Position numbers and translations under genes: made by a program
Notes under the pieces: generated by a model
Seen by the model: only the letters and a program-made list of their open reading frames with translations
What the model was told of the DNA's origin: nothing
The model's database searches: none
Part shown: piece by piece, positions 7,627 through 15,709 of the stretch
Layout of the letters: each line of letters starts with the position of its first letter
Numbering within the stretch: the first letter of the stretch is position 1
Origin: an uncultured virus (IMG/VR IMGVR_UViG_3300032093_000079)
Lineage: Duplodnaviria > Heunggongvirae > Uroviricota > Caudoviricetes
IMG/VR virus record: IMGVR_UViG_3300032093_000079
Length of the DNA stretch: 20,000 nucleotides
Reading direction: 5' to 3' (one strand)

Positions 7627-9182
7627 GTTAAGTCTACTTTATTTTCAGAAACCTCAAACTTTTGTTCTCGATAGATTTCCTTCCTGACCTTTGAGTGTCG
7701 GATAGAATAACCATCTAGTTGGTCAACCAGATCCCAGACTAAAACCTTAGTCTTTTCAGCTAATTTACGCATGCCTCGACCTATCGCTTGACGCAGAGTC
7801 ACCTCAGCTTTAATAGATTCTGCTAAAATTATATGATGCAGATTCTTAGAGTCGATTCCAGTAGCAAAAGTCCCAAACGAAGCGACTAGGATCACATCAT
7901 CTTGAGATTCAAGTATATCTTTAAATCTGTCTCTTTCCTTTGAATCAACTTCGCCGTCGATGTAAAAAGTGTTAGGATTCCATTCCAATAGCTTAGATTG
8001 AATCATCTTACCGTAACCGTTCTTGACATCAGAAAAAAGGATCAGTGAGTTTTTACCGAATTTTTTAGCAAGATCACTAATAAAATCTAATCTCTCCTTG
8101 CTTTCAAAGATGATTCCTTTTTCTATCGCCAACATGTCTCGCCCAAAGTCCTTTGGATTGTTGTACATCTGCTTACCCGTCTCCTTTAAGTGCCAGTATT
8201 TTTGAATCATCGGCTCGCTCTCATCATACTTAAGATTAACTACTTTGATCTTGATGTTTGGCGAGTAACCGTGATCGATTAGATGTTTGGCAGAGAGCAC
8301 CATCACTAGAGGACCAACATTTTCTTGAACCTTAAAAAAATCAGAAAACTGCTCATCAAGCTTTACTGTTCCTGAAAGACCCAATCGATATTCCCAATTG
8401 ACACAAGAGAGGAGGATCTCTCGAATGGAATTACCCTTAGACTTGTGAACCTCATCAACCTGAACGATTGAAAACTTTCTAAAGACCTCGACTGGCAGAT
8501 TTATTAGGCTTTGATATGTCGAAATGACTACCTCAGCCTCATCGAATCTCTCTTGGGTAAATTTATCTTTTCCTCCAATGGTACACACGCTCCATTCCCT
8601 TCCAGGTTGAGCGTACATCTCAAATTTTTCAGCAGTCTGACCGACCAGTGAAATGTTAGGCACTATGATTAGTGATTTCGAGTCCTTAGTGATCTTTCCT
8701 CCATCTCGTAAAAATGAATTATAGATAAAAAAGATGAGAGTCTTTCCAGCAGAGGTCGCTAGTTCTTGGGTACAGAACTTATATTTGATTGCTCTAAACG
8801 CACCCTCAATCTGATAATCTCGAGGAACTATTGGGAATCCTCTTTCATCGACTATTCCTTCAAGAAGATCTTCAACGTACTTTAAGTACTTGGACTTGTC
8901 TAACTTGTTATTGACGAATCCTTCAGATCCTTCGATCTCGCAGTCGTATCCATACTTATCGGCAAAGTTATAAACTTCCTTCCATAGACCTATCGCAATG
9001 TGACCGTCCTTGGTGATAAAGGAGTCAAGGCCGTCCCAGATACCTCGATCAACTAATACATTGAATGCTGCTTTTTTAGATTTTCTTTTAAAGAACTTAA
9101 ATAGGCTTGTTCGCTCACTGTTTAGAGTTGAATCGACAAGCTTAATAAATTTTTTATCTGGAGTTACTTTAAAACTTAACAC
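7608..9182 (-). CDS. uvsW: SF2 DNA helicase, T4 UvsW-like
   Basis: WDG, PRDYQ (Q motif), LATSAGKT, IIVPNISLV, STYQSL, DEVH, GLSGT, ASFGTFATGID, QAIGRGMR, WDLVD. GTG start. Confidence 0.92.
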   Translation of the reverse strand: MLSFKVTPDKKFIKLVDSTLNSERTSLFKFFKRKSKKAAFNVLVDRGIWDGLDSFITKDGHIAIGLWKEVYNFADKYGYDCEIEGSEGFVNNKLDKSKYLKYVEDLLEGIVDERGFPIVPRDYQIEGAFRAIKYKFCTQELATSAGKTLIFFIYNSFLRDGGKITKDSKSLIIVPNISLVGQTAEKFEMYAQPGREWSVCTIGGKDKFTQERFDEAEVVISTYQSLINLPVEVFRKFSIVQVDEVHKSKGNSIREILLSCVNWEYRLGLSGTVKLDEQFSDFFKVQENVGPLVMVLSAKHLIDHGYSPNIKIKVVNLKYDESEPMIQKYWHLKETGKQMYNNPKDFGRDMLAIEKGIIFESKERLDFISDLAKKFGKNSLILFSDVKNGYGKMIQSKLLEWNPNTFYIDGEVDSKERDRFKDILESQDDVILVASFGTFATGIDSKNLHHIILAESIKAEVTLRQAIGRGMRKLAEKTKVLVWDLVDQLDGYSIRHSKVRKEIYREQKFEVSENKVDLTKKRPN

Positions 9183-9196
9183 AGATGCGCGTTATT

Positions 9197-9631
9197 TTAT
9201 AGACCAAGAGTCTTTTCGATATCTAGCCTAGTCTTTATACCAAAGATGATATTATCGATGGTCTTGATTGATTCATTAAAAAATGAAATTTGATTTTCAA
9301 ATATTTCTAGCGATTCTTTTGTCAATGATGTTCGACCTTCAATCACCACTGATTTTTCATTGGCTTGATATCGTATCTGTAGGTTTCTAGAGATGTTCTC
9401 CATTTCAAGAGAGCGCTCGTCTCGATATTTCTTACGAAGAACCGTTATGTGTTCGAGCAGAGTATGATTATCTTCCAATAGCCTCTGTCGAAGGGAAAGC
9501 ATGTTTACTTGAGCCTCCTTTAGAGTCTTTAGGTTAGAAAGCTTTTCGATATTCTCATAAATCTCTTTGGATACTTCAGATCTACGATCTTGAAATTTTT
9601 TAGAAATCTTTGATTTTGTCTCCTCGTTCAT
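9197..9631 (-). CDS. uvsY: Recombination mediator, T4 UvsY-like
   Basis: 144-aa helical protein. The C-terminus ISFFNESIKTIDNIIFGIKTRLDIEKTLGL matches the UvsY tail pattern (LDFCxxALDAIKxRGFAIKHIxDxRxFEAG). It is adjacent to uvsW. Confidence 0.65.
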   Translation of the reverse strand: MNEETKSKISKKFQDRRSEVSKEIYENIEKLSNLKTLKEAQVNMLSLRQRLLEDNHTLLEHITVLRKKYRDERSLEMENISRNLQIRYQANEKSVVIEGRTSLTKESLEIFENQISFFNESIKTIDNIIFGIKTRLDIEKTLGL

Positions 9632-9651
9632 GTTGATGGAAAATTTATCTT

Positions 9652-9677
9652 TTATACTAAATTGAGAACAAAAGTTT
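9652..9677 (-). promoter_or_regulatory. Putative early/middle promoter AAAC-N17-TATAA
   Basis: Minus strand AAAC TTTTGTTCTCAATTTAG TATAA AAG, upstream of uvsY-uvsW. Confidence 0.55.
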
Positions 9678-10167
9678 AACCTTCAAAATCAATGAACTTG
9701 TAATAAGTTGAACCTATTTTAAAGTGTTCATCGTTTTCCATGTCGTCCTTGCTTATGGAGGATACTACCTCATTACCTGCAGGAGAGGTCGACCCATCCT
9801 CATAATAGTAGTCAATGTATTCTTCACCCTTTTTACCAAGAATTAGGTTCTTAACTTTATATTTCTCAAAAATTTGTGGTATCTTATTCTTAAAGCGAAC
9901 GTCATCATCTAGTATCATGAAGACTGAAGGATAATCTAATAACTTACCGTCGTGGCTAATCGCAGCGGTTTGTTTTATGAAATCGTCCTCCATAAGATCT
10001 GAGTCTAGAGCAGAGTTATAACTTTCGCTGTTTTTAAAGGTGATTATTACGAATGGTATCTTGGTTTGGATAGCATCCCTAATTTGAGTCCAAGTATGAC
10101 TGGTTTCATCGGAGTTTTTTGCTATGTCCCTTTGATAATCTTCATAAAGTTTAATGTATCTAGTCAT
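9676..10167 (-). CDS. Hypothetical protein; candidate internal head protein
   Basis: 163-aa ORF with N-terminus MTRYIKLYEDY, preceded by an exact ATAAATAATAAAAA. Confidence 0.75.
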   Translation of the reverse strand: MTRYIKLYEDYQRDIAKNSDETSHTWTQIRDAIQTKIPFVIITFKNSESYNSALDSDLMEDDFIKQTAAISHDGKLLDYPSVFMILDDDVRFKNKIPQIFEKYKVKNLILGKKGEEYIDYYYEDGSTSPAGNEVVSSISKDDMENDEHFKIGSTYYKFIDFEG

Positions 10168-10178
10168 GCTTTAGGATA

Positions 10179-10205
10179 AAACTTTTTATTATTTATCAAT
10201 AAAAT
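10179..10205 (+). promoter_or_regulatory. Putative early/middle promoter AAAC-N17-TAAAAT
   Basis: AAAC TTTTTATTATTTATCAA TAAAAT ATACT ATG. Confidence 0.45.
10183..10196 (-). promoter_or_regulatory. Putative late promoter ATAAATAATAAAAA
   Basis: Exact 14-mer on the minus strand, 15 nt upstream of ATG 10167. Confidence 0.7.
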
Positions 10206-10210
10206 ATACT

Positions 10211-10801
10211 ATGAAAGATATAACTCGACTAGTAGTCTTTGATTTTGATGAGACTATGTTTAGAATGCCAGGATATACTGATAGGTTTTCAGTAGAAAGA
10301 TTACACCCTGAGCTTAATTTTCCAACCCCTTATTCGTTTTACGATCACCCCACCTCAATGGATCCAGAGATTCATAACATTCAGCTGATCGGAACTGTGT
10401 ATGAAGATTGGAAAAAGGCTTCACAGGATCCAAATACACGAACGATCTTGATAACTCACAGAACTGAAGAGCTTAGACCCTGTGCAGAAAAGCTATTGGA
10501 CAAGCATGGAATAACCTTTGATACAAGTTATTTCCTAGGTCGGCTTTGTGAAAAGATTTCTATTCTTGAAAAAGAACTTATTCGTTTACCTAACGTAAAA
10601 GATATAGTAGTATATGAAGATTCGCTAGAACAGCTAAGGAAATATCAGGAGTTCTTTTATGAATATACTCGTAAGATACACCGATCCTTTACTAGCCTAA
10701 GCGATCTAATCACCCTAGACATGCAATTTGTCGATAAGTCTAAAGTAATAGCACTTTACGATTTTAGTGCAGGTCATCCAAGAAGAATTGAATTGATATG
10801 A
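10211..10801 (+). CDS. HAD-superfamily phosphatase (capless; Swiss-army-knife RNA-repair/PNKP-phosphatase-like)
   Basis: Motif I LVVFDFDETMF, motif II ILITHR, motif III K (CEKIS), motif IV VVYEDS. Confidence 0.85.
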   Translation: MKDITRLVVFDFDETMFRMPGYTDRFSVERLHPELNFPTPYSFYDHPTSMDPEIHNIQLIGTVYEDWKKASQDPNTRTILITHRTEELRPCAEKLLDKHGITFDTSYFLGRLCEKISILEKELIRLPNVKDIVVYEDSLEQLRKYQEFFYEYTRKIHRSFTSLSDLITLDMQFVDKSKVIALYDFSAGHPRRIELI

Positions 10802-11397
10802 TAATTATGATCGAGGGCCACCGACATAGTGGCAAAACATTCCTAATCGATAGGTTCTTTGAACAGAACACTAATCCAAATGTTCACTATTATAAGTTTC
10901 AATTTGCTAAGCATATCGATGATCTTGGAATGCGAGATCAGGAATCTGGCCCAGGAGTACACTATTTTAGCATTGCAAATGTGCTTACCATTCTTGAGCT
11001 AAATGAGACTTTGCTGAAGGATCACATCTTAATCTTTGATAGATGCATATTTTCAGCATACGTCTGGTCGATATACCGAGAAAGAATGAATCAATTTAGA
11101 TTGCTTAGCGAGTTTCAAAAGATCTTGATCAGCAATCTTTATCAAAATAGTAAAATCCTATATGTTGAACGCGATGAGGATATTGAAATTACTAAAAGGG
11201 ACAAGGACTATTTTGGTAACTTTGAAAATGTAAATCGTGAAAAGGAACTTTTTGAGAGAATATTCTCAGAATTTAGATATGAGATCTCAGATTCAAGCAG
11301 AAATAACGATTTTGTAAGGGTGATAAATCACTTTAACAATGAAAGCAGTAATGAATTCAATCAAATACTAAGCAGTCTAATAAATAACGGGAAATAA
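10798..11397 (+). CDS. P-loop nucleotide kinase (thymidylate/dNMP kinase-like)
   Basis: MIIMIEGHRHSGKT and IFDRCIFSAYVW (DR motif of the TMPK/dNK class). ATGA overlap with the HAD gene. Confidence 0.8.
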   Translation: MIIMIEGHRHSGKTFLIDRFFEQNTNPNVHYYKFQFAKHIDDLGMRDQESGPGVHYFSIANVLTILELNETLLKDHILIFDRCIFSAYVWSIYRERMNQFRLLSEFQKILISNLYQNSKILYVERDEDIEITKRDKDYFGNFENVNREKELFERIFSEFRYEISDSSRNNDFVRVINHFNNESSNEFNQILSSLINNGK

Positions 11398-11402
11398 TCT
11401 TA

Positions 11403-11416
11403 ATAAATAATAAAAA
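11403..11416 (+). promoter_or_regulatory. Putative late promoter ATAAATAATAAAAA
   Basis: Exact 14-mer, 10 nt upstream of ATG 11427. Confidence 0.7.
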
Positions 11417-11426
11417 ATATTTTAGG

Positions 11427-11990
11427 ATGGCTACCAAATATACACTAGGCTATTTACAATACATTAAGGAAGCAGAAGAGGCTGAGGCGAATTCTCCGTT
11501 AAAGGGATATCCTTCAGATCAGTTAATCACTAGGATCGGAGAACTAATGGAAGTTCTTTCAGATCAAGTAAGATTTGGAGTTCCTTCTGATAACTTAGGT
11601 CGAGCAACAACATACAGAGATGCAAACGGAGCCATTCAAAGAATTAAGGATATTGTGCACTATTATAATAGTAAAAACGAGCAGGTTAGGTTCTATTGCT
11701 GGTCCCTAAGTTATGGCGGAACTTGGAAAGCGGCTAAAAACTTAAGACAAAAGATAGAGGATGCCGGAGGATTCGGAGAAGAGATGAATAACGTTAATTT
11801 GAAAAAAGTTGTCGAATATTTCACGGCTAACCCAGAGGATTCAGATAACTTGAGAAGCATCTCGATTAGTATCGATTCAATAAGCATTAGAAAAGCGATG
11901 TCTGCTCCAAAACCAGAAGAAAAGCCTGCTGAGTCCACTAGGGAAGCGTCAGCTGAAGAAAAACCAGGATCATCGCAAGTTGAAGTATAA
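11427..11990 (+). CDS. Hypothetical protein; candidate internal head protein
   Basis: 187 aa. N-terminus MATKYTLGYLQYIKEAEE (YxxYIxE) and a low-complexity E/K/P/A tail. Confidence 0.75.
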   Translation: MATKYTLGYLQYIKEAEEAEANSPLKGYPSDQLITRIGELMEVLSDQVRFGVPSDNLGRATTYRDANGAIQRIKDIVHYYNSKNEQVRFYCWSLSYGGTWKAAKNLRQKIEDAGGFGEEMNNVNLKKVVEYFTANPEDSDNLRSISISIDSISIRKAMSAPKPEEKPAESTREASAEEKPGSSQVEV

Positions 11991-12007
11991 ATCTAAAGGC
12001 TAATTAC

Positions 12008-13882
12008 ATGGCAGGAATAAACAATTTAAAGGAGATCTATGAAAAAAGGGGAGAAGACTTTTTAAATGGATTGCTTAACGGTTACGTTATAATCAACGAA
12101 AAAATGGACGGTGCGTTCTTTGGTCTAAAAAAGACGACGGACGATCAGTTTAAGTACTTTAAAAAATCAGGTGAAATAACTTACGTTGATCAGGTCCTAA
12201 TGAAATACTACAACCCTGCAATAAATCACTTTCAAAGATTAGCCATTGAAAAGAGACAGAGGATCCCAGCGAACTTCTTTTTTGGATTTGAATATTTTAC
12301 AAAGAGCGACACTCAATCCAGTAGGAGGGCAGAATTACCTAAAAATAACCTGATGCTTTCTTACATTCATAGATTAGGAGAGGACGGCAAGATCGAGGAA
12401 ACCCTCCAATCTAAGGAGCAATTATCCAGATGGGCAAATTACTTGGAAGTTGAGTCGCCGCCGATCATTTTTGAGGGCAAGCTTGATGATGAACAGAAAA
12501 GCAAGATACTTGAGTTCATATACACAGAAAAAAAAGAGCTTGATGAAAAGTTTAAGACCACTAGCTTTACTAAATACATAATCTCAACCTTGTGTCCGGA
12601 AGAAAAGAATGAGTTTTCGGATAGGGAGCTCGAAACAATCGTTTTTAGATTTTATCGAGATGATTCTGAGAATGAAGCCTTTTTAGCTAAGCTGGTCGAT
12701 CCTATTTTTCAAAACAGATCACAGGAAGATAAACCCAAATCTACTAACACTCAAGATTATATTTGGCTGATCGTCATTGACTTGATGAATCACTTTGAAA
12801 TGTACGACATTGACGATATACGTAAAATGGTGCCGCAGTCCGACTCGTACGAGGAAAAGTACATTAGCCTAATCAATAGGATGTTTAAGGACTTTCTTCA
12901 GGAATATTCAGAAAAGTACGATGGTCTTGAACTAGAGATACCGGAATATTTAAAAAGACCTGAATTTGAGCTTGATGTGAATTTAGTGGGCGATCCTGAG
13001 GTAGTAAATCTGATCTCAAAAAACGCGACGAACTTGGAGATCTATAAGGTTATTCTTAATTTCTTTAGAAAGGTTAGGAAAAAATCTAGCGCGGGTTTCT
13101 TTACTCCGGACATGATCTCACAGCTTAACCTGATCGTGCAAAAGATCAAGAACATCATCATGGGAGATGCGGTATACGAAGGGCTCTTTCCAAGTTTTGG
13201 AGAGTTTATCGGAGCGCCCAATGATTATATGGCAATGAGCGAGGTAGAGCATGCCAAGAATATCGGTGAAAAGAACGAACCTCAAAAGGTGAACATTTTA
13301 ATCGGTCGATTTCAGCCGATCACCATGGGTCACATTAAAGCCGCAAAGGCATTAAAAGAAAAGAACGGAAACAAGACAGTTTTTATTTCTGTCAAGGGAG
13401 AGATCCCAAGTAAAAAATCTCCATTTTCACTAGAAACGACTCAATTGCTCCTAAATAAGACTCAACAGGAATATCCTGAACTTATTGCTAGCACAATAAT
13501 CGTCCCTAACGGGCAGATTACTGAAATAATAAAGGAACTACGACCTGAGTATGAACCGATCCTGTGGGGAACGACTGATCGTAGAATAAAGGATTATGCT
13601 ATCCAGTTTGATTATATCAAGAAGAGGGACATTCCAATAAGAATATCGAAAGAATTTAAACTAGTTGAGATTCCCAGCTTTGTGAAATCTGAGGAGATGA
13701 TTGAGCTAATTCGATCCTCTAACTTTGAAGAATTTAAAAAGCTTACCCCTTCATCAGTTTCATCTGAATTTTTTAATCTGCAAAGGGAAGTAGGTCGATC
13801 AATCGACTTAAATGAGGCAAATAGCGACATTAGATTGCTTGAACCTGATACAAAGGACGATACTGAAGAGGAGATAGTCTAA
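12008..13882 (+). CDS. Fusion protein: RNA-ligase-like (Rnl2-type) adenylyltransferase domain + helical region + HIGH-superfamily cytidylyltransferase/NMNAT-like domain
   Basis: Ligase motifs I INEKMDG, III FGFEY, SPPIIFEG, IV ELETIVFR and V FLAKLVD. C-terminal ILIGRFQPITMGH, KSPFS and WGTTDRR. Confidence 0.8.
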   Translation: MAGINNLKEIYEKRGEDFLNGLLNGYVIINEKMDGAFFGLKKTTDDQFKYFKKSGEITYVDQVLMKYYNPAINHFQRLAIEKRQRIPANFFFGFEYFTKSDTQSSRRAELPKNNLMLSYIHRLGEDGKIEETLQSKEQLSRWANYLEVESPPIIFEGKLDDEQKSKILEFIYTEKKELDEKFKTTSFTKYIISTLCPEEKNEFSDRELETIVFRFYRDDSENEAFLAKLVDPIFQNRSQEDKPKSTNTQDYIWLIVIDLMNHFEMYDIDDIRKMVPQSDSYEEKYISLINRMFKDFLQEYSEKYDGLELEIPEYLKRPEFELDVNLVGDPEVVNLISKNATNLEIYKVILNFFRKVRKKSSAGFFTPDMISQLNLIVQKIKNIIMGDAVYEGLFPSFGEFIGAPNDYMAMSEVEHAKNIGEKNEPQKVNILIGRFQPITMGHIKAAKALKEKNGNKTVFISVKGEIPSKKSPFSLETTQLLLNKTQQEYPELIASTIIVPNGQITEIIKELRPEYEPILWGTTDRRIKDYAIQFDYIKKRDIPIRISKEFKLVEIPSFVKSEEMIELIRSSNFEEFKKLTPSSVSSEFFNLQREVGRSIDLNEANSDIRLLEPDTKDDTEEEIV

Positions 13883-13908
13883 AACTTTAGACCTACTCTT
13901 TAATATAA
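13882..13908 (+). promoter_or_regulatory. Putative early/middle promoter AAAC-N18-TATAA
   Basis: AAAC TTTAGACCTACTCTTTAA TATAA GAT, 21 nt upstream of ATG 13930. Confidence 0.55.
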
Positions 13909-13929
13909 GATACAAAACTTTTCTAACCT

Positions 13930-15489
13930 ATGAGATTTAACGATCTAGACGAATCTGATAAACTTTACATATGCGAGACTTATTATAACAAAGAACTTTC
14001 CTGGGATAAACGATTGGACACGCTATCCGAAAGGTTTGACTGTTCTAGAAGAACCATTGGAACATGGGTCGCTCGACTTAACTTAACTGAAAACTCACAG
14101 GAAGACTCGCCTCAACTAAAGATAGCTCAAGCCAAGGAGCACAATAAAAAGACAAAACGTTTTATTATAACTTGGGCGCAAAACAACACGCCAGTCCATC
14201 CAGATTTTATGAATAACGTGAAGGCATACGCCGACTTTATCAATGCAGATATTCACGTAATTGCAGGTAGGTATAAGAACCCGACCAGCGTTTGGACAAA
14301 CAACCAAGAATACGAAGAAAGGTGGGCGGATGAGGTCTTGGAATATCTAGACGCGAATCGTCACGACATTCACAAATACGTATCGATCATGTCAGACGTA
14401 AAGATCCAGCCTACTGCGGTCAATCCAATGACCGGCATGGAAGGATTGAGCGGAATAAACTCATGCATATTTGGCTCGCCTAAAGTGCAAATGGAGATGA
14501 TTCCGGTGCTTGAAACCAATTCTCCAAAGATGATGGTAACGACCGGTGCGTGCACAATCAAAAACTATACTGATTCAAAATCGGGTAAAAAGGGAGAATT
14601 TCATCACACCCTAGGTTTTGTGATCGTCGAGATCAAAAACAATGAGATCTTTTTTATGAGACAGGTGACTGCGACCGATCAGGGCAGTTTCACTGATCTT
14701 TTTTATCGAGTTGAAAACGAGGAGGTCACACGAATCAATAGGATTTCAGCTATAGTCTTTGGTGACTTGCACATAGGTAGCCATGATAAAAAGGTGGTCA
14801 ATAAGACCTTGGAGCTGATGGATGAGTTGCATCCTGATCACGTGATCCTTCACGACGTCTTTGATGGAAAATCAATCAGTCACCATGAAGAAAAAGACCC
14901 GTTTCTACAGTATCAAAAGGAACTAGAGGGCACAAATTCACTAAGACGTGAGATAGATGAGATGCTCTCATGCCTAGCAGATTTTGAAGAATATAATACT
15001 GTGATCGTAAGGAGCAATCACGATGATTTTGTGGATCGTTGGTTAAAGAATACTGATTGGCGAAAGACTGTCACTCCCAAAAACTCACTAGAGTACATGC
15101 ACTACTCAGCGGCGATACTAAGCGGTGAGGCACCGAACGGTGTCATTCCATGGGTGATAAATAAACAATATCCTCACTTTATAACTTTAGGCAGAAGCGA
15201 CAGTTACATAGTTAATGGATGGGAATTGGGTCAACATGGAGACATTGGTTCAAATGGTAGTCGAGGATCGCTACAACAGTTTAGAAAGCTAAACAATAAG
15301 ATCGTAGTCGGCCACTATCATTCACCAGGAAGAAAGGATGGAGCTCTGGCAGTCGGAACCTCAACTCACCTAAGAGTAGGCTACAACATAGGAGCTAGCG
15401 CATGGTTACAGTCTCACGTAATCATTCATGAGGACTCAAAAGCTCAACACATTAGCTTTATAAAGGGAGAATACACGACCTTAAAATAA
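13930..15489 (+). CDS. T5 A1-like protein: N-terminal HTH-like segment + calcineurin-like metallophosphoesterase/nuclease
   Basis: Metallophosphoesterase motifs GDLH, HDVFD, SNHD, HGD and GHYHS. Blocks KRFIITWAQNNT, QPTAVNPMTG, TTGACTIKNY..K.GKKGEFHH.LG..IVE, NGSRGS and GYNIGASAWLQSH match T5 A1 as I recall it. HTH-like LSERFDCSRRTIGTW. Confidence 0.85.
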   Translation: MRFNDLDESDKLYICETYYNKELSWDKRLDTLSERFDCSRRTIGTWVARLNLTENSQEDSPQLKIAQAKEHNKKTKRFIITWAQNNTPVHPDFMNNVKAYADFINADIHVIAGRYKNPTSVWTNNQEYEERWADEVLEYLDANRHDIHKYVSIMSDVKIQPTAVNPMTGMEGLSGINSCIFGSPKVQMEMIPVLETNSPKMMVTTGACTIKNYTDSKSGKKGEFHHTLGFVIVEIKNNEIFFMRQVTATDQGSFTDLFYRVENEEVTRINRISAIVFGDLHIGSHDKKVVNKTLELMDELHPDHVILHDVFDGKSISHHEEKDPFLQYQKELEGTNSLRREIDEMLSCLADFEEYNTVIVRSNHDDFVDRWLKNTDWRKTVTPKNSLEYMHYSAAILSGEAPNGVIPWVINKQYPHFITLGRSDSYIVNGWELGQHGDIGSNGSRGSLQQFRKLNNKIVVGHYHSPGRKDGALAVGTSTHLRVGYNIGASAWLQSHVIIHEDSKAQHISFIKGEYTTLK

Positions 15490-15498
15490 TCAAGTAAT

Positions 15499-15690
15499 GT
15501 GGACAATAAACACAAAGATTGGAAAAACCTAGAAAACTACCGTAAGGGTAAGGAGAAACTAGAAAACGCAGTATTGCAACATCCAGAAGAAGGAAAGACC
15601 GGTAATTCTGTCTATGATTTTATGAAAGGTGAGGTTCGTCGAAACATGTGGACCATTCCCTATGAGCAACTTAAAAAAAGAGATAAATAA
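15499..15690 (+). CDS. Small hypothetical protein (63 aa)
   Basis: GTG-start ORF that fills the gap between the A1-like gene and the next promoter motif, on the same strand. Confidence 0.6.
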   Translation: MDNKHKDWKNLENYRKGKEKLENAVLQHPEEGKTGNSVYDFMKGEVRRNMWTIPYEQLKKRDK

Positions 15691-15696
15691 TTAAAA
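15683..15696 (+). promoter_or_regulatory. Putative late promoter ATAAATAATTAAAA
   Basis: One mismatch to the 14-mer, 13 nt upstream of ATG 15710. Confidence 0.65.
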
Positions 15697-15709
15697 TCTC
15701 GAACATCAT

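Noticed and set aside
12008..13882. Known phage NAD reconstitution pathway (NARP1/NARP2)
   Set aside because: No PRPP-synthetase-like or nicotinamide phosphoribosyltransferase-like gene is in the window, and an NMNAT-like domain alone is insufficient.
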